A DNA stretch of 64,000 nucleotides from Trueperaceae bacterium (GCA_965213925.1 OZ243927.1:1952001-2016000), one strand, 5' to 3'; positions 9,701 to 19,806 are shown, counted from the first letter of the stretch. Notes: a model not told the origin generated them from the sequence alone. Numbers and translations are program-made.

Positions 9701-10672
9701 TCAGTCTACGTTCTGTGGCGTCTTCAGCCACGCTGATAGGTCACGGTCAATCAAGGTTTGCAGCTCGAGGATGTCCTCGCGGTAAAGCTCGGTGAGTTCC
9801 GCCTTGACCTTCGGGTCCAAGGGCGGCTTGGCGAGGTTGTTCTGCCGCACGTTGGTGATGAGCTTGTGGCGCATGGCGTCAGGGATGAGGTGCTTAAACG
9901 TGGACTTGAACCAGTTGGGTTTCGCTAAGAAGCTGTGAAGCGCCTGATTTTTGGGCACACCCGAGACGTTGAGCTTCAAAGAGGTGTCGGGCTTGAAGTT
10001 GGGGTCTACGCCCAAGAATTCGAAGAGGTCGCGGAAGAGGGCGTCGGAATCACTCTTGAGGTCTTCTTGCAGATAGACCTTGATGTTCTCAGCCGGGAAG
10101 TGCGCGTAGTAGCGGCTCAGTTGCTCGTAGTAAAACCCCAAGCGGCGGTAGTGCCAAATGTGCTCATAGCCTGCGGCGACGCGGGCGTCCTCTTCGCGCA
10201 AGGCTTGTTCGAAGTCGCGGAGCGGCTCGCGGTCGTCGCGGATGAGGTGGAGAAAGCTTGCGTAAGCGCGCTCGGCAGGGTTGCGCAGCATCACGATGAT
10301 TTTGGTGTCAGGGACGTAGTGAGCGATGCGCTTTACAGCGCGTTCGCTGTAGAGGTAGAGAGGTGAGGCTTCGCCTAGCGCGATTTCATCCGTGACGCCG
10401 TCATACTGCGCGTGATACGCCTCTAAAGAGGTCACGGAAAAGTCGTTGACGGCTTCGTCATCGCCGGGTCCGGTGAAGTTTAAGGGTTGGTCCTCTAAGG
10501 CAAAAAAGTTCGTCTCTTTGGTGTGCGAGACGTACACCCGCGGATGCTGCTTGAGGTAGGCGTGCAGCGCCGTCGTGCCTGCTTTCGCCGCGCCGATGAT
10601 CAGAAAGTTGGGCATCTGGCGGGAAACGAGTTTACTTGCTGCCTTCGTAGGTGAGGTGGTTGATTCCGTCAT
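9701..10672 (-). CDS. PAPS-dependent sulfotransferase
   Basis: PNFLIIGAAKAGTTAL (5'-PSB loop), GEASPLYL and LRNPAERAYA (3'-PB). Confidence 0.9.
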   Translation of the reverse strand: MTESTTSPTKAASKLVSRQMPNFLIIGAAKAGTTALHAYLKQHPRVYVSHTKETNFFALEDQPLNFTGPGDDEAVNDFSVTSLEAYHAQYDGVTDEIALGEASPLYLYSERAVKRIAHYVPDTKIIVMLRNPAERAYASFLHLIRDDREPLRDFEQALREEDARVAAGYEHIWHYRRLGFYYEQLSRYYAHFPAENIKVYLQEDLKSDSDALFRDLFEFLGVDPNFKPDTSLKLNVSGVPKNQALHSFLAKPNWFKSTFKHLIPDAMRHKLITNVRQNNLAKPPLDPKVKAELTELYREDILELQTLIDRDLSAWLKTPQNVD

Positions 10673-12081
10673 AAACTTTCCTTCTCATTTTTACGCACGT
10701 CGATGAGCCCCAGAATAGAGTAGAAGCCGAAGCGTTTATAAACGAACGCGGCTAAGAGCGTGTTGTAGACCGCCATGCTGGTCGCGGTGGCGGTGGCTGC
10801 GCCGACCATCCCCAAGCGCGGAATGAGCAAGAGGTTCAAAGCGACGTTTAGGACGGCGCTCGCGCCGATTGCTTTGGCGGAGTCGCGCTCGTGCCCGGTC
10901 ATGTTGAGCATCTGCCCGACTGAGCCAGCGGCGGCGTCTATGAGAAAGCCGACGCTCAGCACAGTTAAAGCGGCGTGACCAGCGGGGAACTCGGGTCCGA
11001 AGATGCGCAAGAAGGGTCCTCCGAAAACGATAAGCCCCAAAGCAAGCGGGAGCGAGCAGAGAAAGATGATGCGGGTGGTGCGGCGGATGGTCGCCTCGAG
11101 CCTCTCCCGCTCTCCCTGCGCGTAGAGCTTCGCGATTACGGGTGAGAGCGCCGCGTTCACTGCTGCTAACACGAACGCGATGAGCGCCGCGCCTTGCGCC
11201 ACGATTCTATAGATACCCACCTCGGTCTGCGTGCCCAAAAAGCCCAACATGATGATGTCGGTGCGGGCGTTAATGATCAGCACGCCGCCGATGAGCAGAA
11301 AGGGCAGGGCGCTGCGAAGCCAGGTTCCCATCTGATATTGAGGAATAGCTTGGACGACCTCTCGAGCCAACGCCCGCCGCAAGAGCCACGCGCCGACTAG
11401 AAACGATACGCCCGTCGCTGCAACGGACATGCCAACCGCCCACGCCGCGTTGAACTCCGCGTTGAACTCCGAGCCGGAGAGGTAAGCCCCAACCACGAAC
11501 ACGATGAGCAAAACCGGGCGCACCAGCATCTCGGGAACTTGCCCCGCAACCACGCGGTTGAGACCTCTTAGTGCCGCTTGCCTCACAAGTGTTAGCGCAG
11601 CTAAGGGCAATGAACTGAACGCGATGATGAGCGCTAAAGAAGAGGTCGAGAGTCCTCGAGCGTTCCAGACGACGAGCGTTGCGGTGAGCGCAATCAGGAG
11701 CGAGGCGAGGAGTGCCGCGCCGTTCGCCCACCTCAAGATACCTTTGAGGTGTCCCCAAGCGTTTTTGGTTTTATAAACGGACACCTCTCGCACCAAAAGT
11801 TCACCCAAGCCGAGTACCGCCGGAATGGTGAGCAAATTAACCCAAGCAAAAGCGAGCGCGTACGCGCCAAACGAGGTCGCGCCTAAGAGGTTGGTCAGTA
11901 GGATGCTCGAGGCGAACCCCAGCCCCGTCCCGCCTACCTTGAGCGCAAACGTGCCGAGTGCGCCTCTAGCGGTTTTCCCTTTGACAGCGTCGTAAAGTCT
12001 GGATGGTAGCGTAGCCGTTCCTATATTTTTCAGCGTATTCAAGTCGCGTGTCCCTGCGAGGTCGAGAGGTTGATGGTGCAT
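10669..12081 (-). CDS. wzx: Wzx-type oligosaccharide flippase
   Basis: About 12-14 TM segments; DIIMLG, VGIY and LNLLLIPRLGMVGAATAT; start uncertain (ATG at 12081 chosen over the longer ORF-track start). Confidence 0.85.
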   Translation of the reverse strand: MHHQPLDLAGTRDLNTLKNIGTATLPSRLYDAVKGKTARGALGTFALKVGGTGLGFASSILLTNLLGATSFGAYALAFAWVNLLTIPAVLGLGELLVREVSVYKTKNAWGHLKGILRWANGAALLASLLIALTATLVVWNARGLSTSSLALIIAFSSLPLAALTLVRQAALRGLNRVVAGQVPEMLVRPVLLIVFVVGAYLSGSEFNAEFNAAWAVGMSVAATGVSFLVGAWLLRRALAREVVQAIPQYQMGTWLRSALPFLLIGGVLIINARTDIIMLGFLGTQTEVGIYRIVAQGAALIAFVLAAVNAALSPVIAKLYAQGERERLEATIRRTTRIIFLCSLPLALGLIVFGGPFLRIFGPEFPAGHAALTVLSVGFLIDAAAGSVGQMLNMTGHERDSAKAIGASAVLNVALNLLLIPRLGMVGAATATATSMAVYNTLLAAFVYKRFGFYSILGLIDVRKNEKESL

Positions 12082-12313
12082 GAGAGTGCGCCGAAGCAGG
12101 GCTCCTCGTTCTAGGATACCAGGATGACAAGCGTTGGTGAGGATTGATGAAGGTGCGGCGTGGCGAGCGTTCCTCATCCACCACGAGCGCTGCCAAATCA
12201 TGAACGCCTTGAAGTTATGCGTTCAGGCTCGTGTCGCCTATTTGACGGGGTCAAGCACTTGACGGCAAACTCGAGCGCAAAGGTGCTCCAATAGGGTCCG
12301 AAAGGGGTTCAAA

Positions 12314-12820
12314 ATGAATAGAGTCACCGTTATACTTATCATGGTCACGCTGAGTTTAGGTTTCGCTCAGGACACGGGAGGGACGAGCGACATGGCGGCG
12401 TCTGCCGAACTGTCCGCGACGACGGACAGTGGGACGCCCGAAGCCTACACCGAGGAACGCTGGCAAGAGGCGAGCGGAACGGCCTCTGTTGCGTCGCAGT
12501 CCGAGGGTGAATATACAGTGCGCCTCGAGGCGAGCGGCTTGGTCCCGGACGGGCTCTACACCACCTGGTACGTCATCCCTGGCATCGCAGGTACCTCCGC
12601 TGGACAAGAGGTCGGACCTGCAGGAGGCGTGCCCAACGAATTCCGCGCGGACGCCCAAGGAAACGCCACCTTTGAGTTCGCGGTGCCCGCCGAGAACGAC
12701 TACCGAGACCTCGTCGTCGCCTACCACGCGGACGATATGACGCACGGCGAGATGCCGGGCGCGATGGGCGAGGTGACCTTCGCGCACCTGATGACGGCTT
12801 TCCCTACGCCGAGCAACTAG
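12314..12820 (+). CDS. Secreted hypothetical protein
   Basis: Signal peptide MNRVTVILIMVTLSLGFA; AAGGGG upstream; followed by a strong hairpin. Confidence 0.75.
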   Translation: MNRVTVILIMVTLSLGFAQDTGGTSDMAASAELSATTDSGTPEAYTEERWQEASGTASVASQSEGEYTVRLEASGLVPDGLYTTWYVIPGIAGTSAGQEVGPAGGVPNEFRADAQGNATFEFAVPAENDYRDLVVAYHADDMTHGEMPGAMGEVTFAHLMTAFPTPSN

Positions 12821-12831
12821 ATTTCAGTATG

Positions 12832-12872
12832 GCGAGATCTGAGCGAGGTACACCACCTCGCTCAGGTCTCGC
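12832..12872. terminator. 18-bp stem-loop between convergent genes
   Basis: gcgagatctgagcgaggt-acacc-acctcgctcaggtctcgc, with one G-U pair. Confidence 0.7.
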
Positions 12873-13013
12873 GTCAAGCTTACCTTCGACCTCAACCAAA
12901 GACGAAGTCGAGGAGGATTTCGAGGCGGCGTCAGCGCGGGTTTAGGCTAGTAAAATGATACCGACTTGGCTTCATGCGAGACAGAGGCGTAGCCGAACGC
13001 GCGCTCAAACGCG

Positions 13014-13799
13014 CTAAGCTGTTCGTCTCACTCGGTTGCGCCCCGCTGTTTTGGCTGCGTAGAGGGCGTCGTCTGCCTCCTTAATGAGATTCTCGAGGCT
13101 CACCGTCGCCGCGTGGTCGTGATGCGAGGCGATACCTAGGCTAACGGTAACCTTGAGCTGGCGATCTTCAACTTTTATAGCCGTAGCTGCTAAAGTCGAG
13201 CGCAAGTGTTCTCCAGCGCGGACAGCCGCACATTCATCGGTGTTGGGAAGCACGATGAGAAACTCTTCACCGCCTAAGCGTCCAACTATGTCCGTGTGGC
13301 GCATCTGCGTACGACACACGCTTGCAAGCGTCTGCAAGACCTTGTCGCCCGCGGCATGACCGTGGGTATCGTTGACTCGCTTGAAATGATCCACATCCAG
13401 CACAATGAGCGAAAACGAGCCGCCGTAGCGCTCTACACGCGCCCACTCATGTTCGGCGAGCGTGAGAATATGCCGCCGGTTATAAACACCTGTTAAGTCA
13501 TCCTCGCTTGCCAAGCGGCGGAGGTGCGTTTCAGCTCGGTCGAGCCGGTGGACGAGGGCGACGAAGCTGTAGAGCGCGAGCGGTGAGACGATGAGCGGAA
13601 CTGTTCCGCCAATAACCAGGCTAGTAGGCGGAACATGTCCTCTGAAATATACGCTGAAGAGTACGGTAAATAGGAGCGAAAAACCGACTGAGAACGTGGT
13701 CGCAACCCCTACGATGCTGAAAGTTCCATGATGGCGTGTGAGCCTCTGTAAAAGCTTTAAGATATAGTTCTGCGCGGTGGCATTGTGCTCATCTAACAT
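13014..13799 (-). CDS. Membrane-anchored GGDEF diguanylate cyclase
   Basis: Two N-terminal TM segments; DDLTG, DVDHFKRVND, RHTD I-site and GGEEF active site. Confidence 0.92.
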   Translation of the reverse strand: MLDEHNATAQNYILKLLQRLTRHHGTFSIVGVATTFSVGFSLLFTVLFSVYFRGHVPPTSLVIGGTVPLIVSPLALYSFVALVHRLDRAETHLRRLASEDDLTGVYNRRHILTLAEHEWARVERYGGSFSLIVLDVDHFKRVNDTHGHAAGDKVLQTLASVCRTQMRHTDIVGRLGGEEFLIVLPNTDECAAVRAGEHLRSTLAATAIKVEDRQLKVTVSLGIASHHDHAATVSLENLIKEADDALYAAKTAGRNRVRRTA

Positions 13800-13878
13800 G
13801 CTCGTCTCTCCTTGAAAGAATAATAAGGCGAGCGTTCTGACAAAATTCTGAAGCGCAGTCTATAGGAAGTCTACCTTC

Positions 13879-14337
13879 TCAAGCTAGACGCAACCACTCC
13901 AACGACACCCTAGCCTCCCCGCCGCTTACATCCGGCGTGATGATCAGCTCGAGCGCCGCCACATCCTCAAGCTCAACCTTATAATCCTCGTCCTCTCGCG
14001 TCGCCCCGCCCGCGCTGAAGTTGTACTGCTGCCGCACGACGTCGCGGGTGTCGCCCGACGCCGACGTCGTGCGCAGCACGAACTCCTGTGTGCGCGTCTC
14101 TTGAACGTGGAACGCGAGGGCGATTCGCCTTAAGCGTTGGGGCTCGTCAAAGAGGAGGCGAAGGCGCTGCTCGCCCGGCTCCGACGCCCGCCAGCCCGAA
14201 CCGTGACCGGGCAATAACGCCGCTTCAATAGGGTTCGCCGTCTCCTCGGAGGTCACTTCGACCTGGGCTAAACGTTCTAAATCCAGCCAGTCGCCATCCG
14301 GCGCGTCGGCGGACCTCTTGATCACTCTTTTACGCAT
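13879..14337 (-). CDS. Conserved hypothetical protein, probable galactose-binding/discoidin-like fold
   Basis: AGGAGG RBS before MRKRVI; WLDLE, VEVTSE, GWRASEPG and RTQEFVLR pattern. Confidence 0.6.
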   Translation of the reverse strand: MRKRVIKRSADAPDGDWLDLERLAQVEVTSEETANPIEAALLPGHGSGWRASEPGEQRLRLLFDEPQRLRRIALAFHVQETRTQEFVLRTTSASGDTRDVVRQQYNFSAGGATREDEDYKVELEDVAALELIITPDVSGGEARVSLEWLRLA

Positions 14338-14502
14338 CTTGACGCCTCCTTGTTCAGGTGCTAGCGGTATGCCGGCTACAGAGCCGCATATCACGCATCG
14401 TGAAACCACGTCGCGAGTTTAACGCATAGGGTCGCTCTACTGCTCCTATATCGCCCGGTACACGGTCCGCCTTTTGCGCAGAGTGACGCGGTATGATGAG
14501 GT

Positions 14503-16821
14503 GTGCCCGGCACCTCATCCAGCACCTCACCGAACCTGTCGCTGCGCGTCCTCTTGCCCCTGCCGCTGCCGCCTTTTACCTTTTTGCCGCCGCACGGCGA
14601 AGCGGCGCCGCAGGCGGGGTGCCGCGTGGTCGTGCCCTGGCAGAGCGGCGTGAGGACCGGGCTGGTCGTCGGGGCGGAGCCCTTGCGCGGGGCAGCGGCG
14701 CTCGAGCTGCGCGAGGTTATCACCGCTTTAGACGCGCAACCCTTTTTGTCGGCTGCCGGGCTCGCCCTGATCGGGCGCGTCGCGCGGCACACCTGTGCGC
14801 CGGAGGGCACCGTGCTCGCCAACCTCTTGCCGACGGGCCTCAGCGAGCCGCTCTTACACGAGGTGCGCGCGTTAGCCGAGGTTGACGCCGTGCCGTCTGA
14901 GCGCTGGACGGACGCCGCCAGGCTGTCGTCCGCCGAGCTTGACCTCTTGCGGCGGCAGGGACTCCTGGCTGAGCGCGTGCGCGTCACTGTAAAGCAGGTG
15001 CAGGTCTTGGAGCCGCGCCGCCGCGCCGACGATGCGCTGAGCGGCAAGCCGCAGGCGAATCAGCGGTGGGCGCTGGAGGTCTTGTGGCGCTTCGAGCACG
15101 CCCAGAGCGCCGCCGCGCTGAGCCGCGAGGCGGACGTTCCCGAGAGCGCGGTGAGGGCGCTCGTCAAGAAGGGGTACGCGGGCTACGCGCAGCGAGACGC
15201 GCCGCCGCCCGCGCTGCCGAGCTACTTAGGTGACGACGTGATCGCGGACGAGTCACATCAACAAGTCGCGCTGCCCGAGGGTCACTTCAGCCTCTCGGGT
15301 GGGCTGCGCCGCGACCGCGTTCGTGCGCTCTTGCCCCTCCTGCGCGAAGACCTGCGGCGCGGCGAGAGTGTGCTGGTCCTCGTGCCGGAGGGCGCGTACC
15401 TGGAGGAAACGGCTGCAATTTTAGCCGCCCACGTGCGCGTTCAGGTCCTCTCCGGCGAGCTGTCCGACGCGCAGCGCAGCCGCTTGTGGTCGGAGCTTCG
15501 CGCGGGCGAGCCTGTCGTTTTGGTCGGGAGTTATCTGGCGCTGCTTGCGCCCCTAGAACCGCTGGCGCGGGTGGTGGTGCTCGAGGAGGGCTCCAGCTCC
15601 TACAAGCTCGCGCAGGGCTGCCGCGTCTTCGTGCCGACCGCCGCGCGGCTCCTCGCCGAAGCCGCCGGAGCCAAACTGGTCCTCGCGGACGCGCTCGCCA
15701 CGCCCGAGGCGCACCGCTTTTTAAGCCAGTGTGACTCTCGAGATGGGCGAATACGGGACGGTCAAGCTGGACGTAAGGACGAGCGTAGTGCGGTCGTCAC
15801 CCTGCCCACGCCCCCCGCCAGGGTCCACACCGTCGACCTCACCCAGGGGCAGAGCTGGCCCCTCAGCACCGATCTCATCAAGGTGCTCAAACAGGTCGAG
15901 GCGCGGGAGCGTCAGGCGGTCCTGCTCGCGCCGCGCCGCGGCTTCTCCGCCGCGCTGCGCTGCGCCGAGTGCGACTGGCTCGCGGGCTGCCCCAACTGCG
16001 ACCTGCCGCTACGCTACCACCGCGAACGCTACGTGTTGCGCTGCCACCAATGCGGTCACGCCGAAAAAGCGCCCGCGCTCTGCCCGTCGTGTGACTCCCC
16101 CGACATGAGCCCGTCACGCGCGGCGGGCACGCAGTGGGTCGTCTCGGCGGTCCAGAAGCTGCTCCCGCACGTCCCCGTGTTGCGCTTCGACAGCGATAAG
16201 CGCGAGGACCTGACGGGGCTTTATGACGGTCAGCCCGGCGTGCTGGTGACGACCTCCGCGATTCTACGCCGTGCGCCGCTGCCCAACCTGTCACTCGTCG
16301 CCGTGACGCTCCTCGACACGCTCCTCAACCTGAGCGACTTTCGCGCCGAGGAGGGGGCGTACCGCTCGCTCCTCAACCTAGCCGAACTCGCGCCCGGCAA
16401 GCGCCCGCTGACGCTCGTGCAGACCTTTCAGCCCGAGCACGTGGTCGTGCGTTCCTACGCCGAAGGTCACGCGGAGCGGTTTTTAGAGGCGCTTTTAGAG
16501 CGCCGCGAGCGCTTCGGCTACCCGCCCTACAAAACGCTCGCCAAGGTCCAACTGAGCGCGAAACAGAAGAGCGAAGCCGAGCGCGCCGCGACCTGGCTGG
16601 CGGGCGCGGTGCGCACCGCCGGGGCGACCGAAGAGGAACTTTTAGGACCCACACCTGCCCCCGTCGCCCGCGTCAGGAACCAGTACAGCTACCAACTTTT
16701 CGTGCGCACCGCCTCGAGCCAGTCCCTGCGCGAACGCCTGCAGCCCGCCCTGAACTACCGGGGCAGCGCGCGGCTCAGGATCGACGTGGACCCGCGCGAG
16801 ATGGCGGGGTTCTTAGAGTGA
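14503..16821 (+). CDS. priA: Primosomal protein N' (PriA) with degenerate helicase motifs
   Basis: N-terminal GCRVVVPW; RRGFS; four CxxC pairs (CAEC, CPNC, CHQC, CPSC); DFRAEE, QTFQPEH, YPPY, GPTPAP and IDVDP. Confidence 0.93.
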   Translation: MPGTSSSTSPNLSLRVLLPLPLPPFTFLPPHGEAAPQAGCRVVVPWQSGVRTGLVVGAEPLRGAAALELREVITALDAQPFLSAAGLALIGRVARHTCAPEGTVLANLLPTGLSEPLLHEVRALAEVDAVPSERWTDAARLSSAELDLLRRQGLLAERVRVTVKQVQVLEPRRRADDALSGKPQANQRWALEVLWRFEHAQSAAALSREADVPESAVRALVKKGYAGYAQRDAPPPALPSYLGDDVIADESHQQVALPEGHFSLSGGLRRDRVRALLPLLREDLRRGESVLVLVPEGAYLEETAAILAAHVRVQVLSGELSDAQRSRLWSELRAGEPVVLVGSYLALLAPLEPLARVVVLEEGSSSYKLAQGCRVFVPTAARLLAEAAGAKLVLADALATPEAHRFLSQCDSRDGRIRDGQAGRKDERSAVVTLPTPPARVHTVDLTQGQSWPLSTDLIKVLKQVEARERQAVLLAPRRGFSAALRCAECDWLAGCPNCDLPLRYHRERYVLRCHQCGHAEKAPALCPSCDSPDMSPSRAAGTQWVVSAVQKLLPHVPVLRFDSDKREDLTGLYDGQPGVLVTTSAILRRAPLPNLSLVAVTLLDTLLNLSDFRAEEGAYRSLLNLAELAPGKRPLTLVQTFQPEHVVVRSYAEGHAERFLEALLERRERFGYPPYKTLAKVQLSAKQKSEAERAATWLAGAVRTAGATEEELLGPTPAPVARVRNQYSYQLFVRTASSQSLRERLQPALNYRGSARLRIDVDPREMAGFLE

Positions 16822-16828
16822 TACAAAA

Positions 16829-16863
16829 ATACGGATTCCGCCTCATACGCGCGGAATCCGTAT
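16829..16863. terminator. 13-bp perfect stem between convergent genes, built from the REP-like motif
   Basis: atacggattccgc-ctcatacgc-gcggaatccgtat. Confidence 0.7.
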
Positions 16864-16886
16864 AACGACCTACCTCGAAGATAAGA

Positions 16887-17522
16887 TTACTCGCCAGTCA
16901 CTTCCAAGAAAAGCGCCTCTAGCGACTGCGCAAAGGCTTCCTCCGAGCCGAGCTTCGCGCTCTCCAAGGTTTGCGCGCTCAGGTTCTCTTTCACGCTGTG
17001 AATCACGACCGGCGACGCCGTCGAGGTGATGTAGGGCGCGCTCGCGAGTTTGACCATGCCGAAGCTCACCGTCTCTTTGTCTCCTGTCGTCTCGTACCAG
17101 ATGCCGCCGCCCAAGAAGGTCGGTTGTCCCTCGGTCTCGGTGCCGATGGTGTTGTCGTTGTCAATCGCGATGAGTTTAACGTCGTTATTTGTGTTGGCGA
17201 ACGAGGTCGTCAAGCGCCACGCGCCGTCAGCGTATATGTTGCTGATCAGCCCGGCTCCGTCGACGCCTGGGCAGTTGTCGACGTCGCCGCCCTCACACCA
17301 GCGCCACGCGCCGCCCTGCGCGTCTTTGACGTCGTCGTATTCCGTCAGTTCTGCCGATACGCTCAAATAGCCGCTATATTCGGTGCCGTCGTCTAGCTGC
17401 GCCAACCAGAGCCACTCGCCGGTGTCGTCGCTGCTAGCGGGCGGATTAGGCCGGTCGGAACTCGAGCAGGCGCTCAGCGCCAGGATAAGAAGTAACACTA
17501 AAGGTGCGTAAATTTTTTGCAT
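16887..17522 (-). CDS. Lipoprotein, hypothetical
   Basis: MQKIYAPLVLLLILALSAC lipobox; GGAGG RBS upstream of the ATG at 17522. Confidence 0.8.
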   Translation of the reverse strand: MQKIYAPLVLLLILALSACSSSDRPNPPASSDDTGEWLWLAQLDDGTEYSGYLSVSAELTEYDDVKDAQGGAWRWCEGGDVDNCPGVDGAGLISNIYADGAWRLTTSFANTNNDVKLIAIDNDNTIGTETEGQPTFLGGGIWYETTGDKETVSFGMVKLASAPYITSTASPVVIHSVKENLSAQTLESAKLGSEEAFAQSLEALFLEVTGE

Positions 17523-17765
17523 AGACCATCCCTCCAAGCACGAAGCTAGCATGCGCTTCGCCCCCCCCAAAGAGAAAATTTCCACACCTCGGCTTCGTCT
17601 TTCTCGCGGCAGCCGAACGCACCCTCTTCTGTGAAAAATTCAACACGGAGACTGTTAAATTTCGAACACCGCGCGCTATGAGAAAGTGACACGTTAGGTT
17701 TTAACAGACGTCTGTTTGAGCAGCCCACGCTCGCAGAGTTTAGAGGGGAGAGGGGTGCGCTTCTG

Positions 17766-18752
17766 ATGAAAGCAGCCAGCCACACCGGAGACAACCGCGC
17801 AAAGACTAAAGAAGAGGGGCGAGCACCCGTCATCGTCGCCGTGATCCCGGCCTACAATGAGGAGCGCTTTATCGCCAGCGTGGTCTTCAAGGCGCGCAGA
17901 TACGCGACGCATGTGATCGCGGTGAGCGACGGCTCGAGCGACAGCACCGCCGAACTCGCCGAAGAAGCGGGCGCGGAGGTCGTGCGCCAGCCCACCAACA
18001 TGGGCAAAGCCGAAGCGCTCAACGCCGGTTTCGAATACGCCATGCGCTACGACCCCAGCGTCGTCGTATGTTTAGACGCCGACGCGCAGCACGACGCCAA
18101 AGAGATTCCCACGGTTATCGCGCCGATTCTCAGCGGCGAAGCCGACATCGTGATCGGCTCGCGCTTTTTGGAGACGAAGAGCCGCATCCCCGGCTGGCGA
18201 CAAGCGGGTCAGCACTCGCTCACCGCCGTTACCAACACCCTCAGCGGGACGCGGGTGACGGATTCTCAGAGCGGCTTTAGAGCGTTCTCGCCCACGGCGG
18301 CGCGCGCGCTGCGCTTCTCCTCCGAGGGCTTATCCGTCGAGTCGGAGATGCAGTTTCTCTTTGAGCCCGCCGGTCTTCGCGTTGCCGAAGCGCCCATCAG
18401 CGTGCAGTACATGGACGGCAACAAGCGCAACCCGGTGGTACACGGCTTACAGGTACTCGATGCGATGGTGACGCTTGTGGCGCGGCGGCGTCCGCTGCTG
18501 TTTTTGGCCGTGCCGGGCATCTTTCTCGCCCTGGTCGGTCTCCTCCTTGGCGTGCAAGTGACCTACACGATGCAGGAGACGGGCAGCCTCATGACCGGCA
18601 CCGCGATTCTCACGGCGCTGCTCATCATGGGCGGCATGATCCTTGGCATGTCGGGGGTGATGCTCCACAGCCTCAGGCATTTTAGTAAACGGATCAGCGA
18701 AGAGCTGAAAAACACCGTCGCTTCGCAGTTCAAAACGCCTCTGCAAGATTAG
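17766..18752 (+). CDS. GT2 glycosyltransferase, DPM1-like (polyprenol-phosphate glycosyltransferase family) with two C-terminal TM helices
   Basis: IPAYNEE, SDGSSD, NMGKAEAL, LDADAQH, GSRF and TDSQSGFRAF motifs. Confidence 0.88.
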   Translation: MKAASHTGDNRAKTKEEGRAPVIVAVIPAYNEERFIASVVFKARRYATHVIAVSDGSSDSTAELAEEAGAEVVRQPTNMGKAEALNAGFEYAMRYDPSVVVCLDADAQHDAKEIPTVIAPILSGEADIVIGSRFLETKSRIPGWRQAGQHSLTAVTNTLSGTRVTDSQSGFRAFSPTAARALRFSSEGLSVESEMQFLFEPAGLRVAEAPISVQYMDGNKRNPVVHGLQVLDAMVTLVARRRPLLFLAVPGIFLALVGLLLGVQVTYTMQETGSLMTGTAILTALLIMGGMILGMSGVMLHSLRHFSKRISEELKNTVASQFKTPLQD

Positions 18753-18825
18753 CGCTAGGCGTATTAAGCGACGAGCGTTTGTCGTAACACCCACGAAAAC
18801 TTGTAATCGGAAGAGGATTTTATTT

Positions 18826-19806
18826 ATGAAAAAAGCATTGGTATGTGGCGCGGGCGGGTTTATCGGCAGTCATCTTGTGAAGCAGCTCAAGGCTGAAGGC
18901 TACTGGGTGCGAGGGGTCGACCTCAAGTACCCGGAATTCAGCCCGACCGCCGCCGACGATTTCGTCATCGGCGACTTGAGAGACGCCTCTATCTGCAACC
19001 GAGTGTGCGACGGGCCGTTCGACGAGCTTTACCAGTTGGCGGCGGACATGGGCGGCGCGGGCTTTATCTTCACGGGCGACAACGACGCCGCGGTGATGCA
19101 CAACTCCGCTACGATCAACCTCAACATGTTGGAGGCCGCTAAAGGGGTCGGCGTCAAGAAGATATTCTACTCGTCGTCCGCCTGTATCTATCCTGAACGC
19201 AACCAGCTAGACCCCGAGCGCCCGGTGACCGCCGAAGACTCCGCCTACCCCGCCGCCCCGGACAGCGAGTACGGCTGGGAAAAGCTCTTCAGCGAGCGGC
19301 TCTACTTCGCCTACGCTAGAAACTACGGGATGGAGGTCCGCGTCGCCCGCTTCCACAACATCTTCGGGGAAGAAGGCACCTGGACCGGCGGCCGCGAGAA
19401 AGCGCCAGCGGCGATCTGCCGTAAAGTCGCTCAGGCGCCCGATGGCGGCGAGATCGAGATGTGGGGCGACGGCGAGCAGACGCGCTCCTTCCTCTACATT
19501 GACGAGTGCACCGAAGCCGTTCGCAGGATGATGAAGTCTGAGTTTGTCGGTCCCTTGAACATCGGCTCGGAGGAGATGGTCTCGATCAACCACTTAGCCG
19601 CCCTCGCGATGCGCGTCGCCGGGAAAAACCTGTCAATCAACCATATCCCCGGTCCGCTAGGTGTTAGAGGCAGAAACTCGGACAACACGCTTATCCGCGA
19701 GACGCTCGAGTGGGCCCCCTCGCAGTCCCTCACGGTTGGGCTCGAGCGCACCTACAAGTGGATCGAAGAGCAAGTCGAAGCCAGCTACAGCGTGGCGGCG
19801 GACTGA
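18826..19806 (+). CDS. GDP-mannose 3,5-epimerase-like NAD-dependent epimerase
   Basis: GAGGFIG, AADMGGAGFI, SSACIYP, YGWEK, RFHNIFG and GREKAPAAICRK motifs. Confidence 0.88.
   Translation: MKKALVCGAGGFIGSHLVKQLKAEGYWVRGVDLKYPEFSPTAADDFVIGDLRDASICNRVCDGPFDELYQLAADMGGAGFIFTGDNDAAVMHNSATINLNMLEAAKGVGVKKIFYSSSACIYPERNQLDPERPVTAEDSAYPAAPDSEYGWEKLFSERLYFAYARNYGMEVRVARFHNIFGEEGTWTGGREKAPAAICRKVAQAPDGGEIEMWGDGEQTRSFLYIDECTEAVRRMMKSEFVGPLNIGSEEMVSINHLAALAMRVAGKNLSINHIPGPLGVRGRNSDNTLIRETLEWAPSQSLTVGLERTYKWIEEQVEASYSVAAD

Noticed and set aside
12255..12310. GGCAAAC...CGCAAAG resembling a c-di-GMP-I riboswitch
   Set aside because: Only 5 nt separate the motifs; the GNRA-capped P2 stem and P3 are missing
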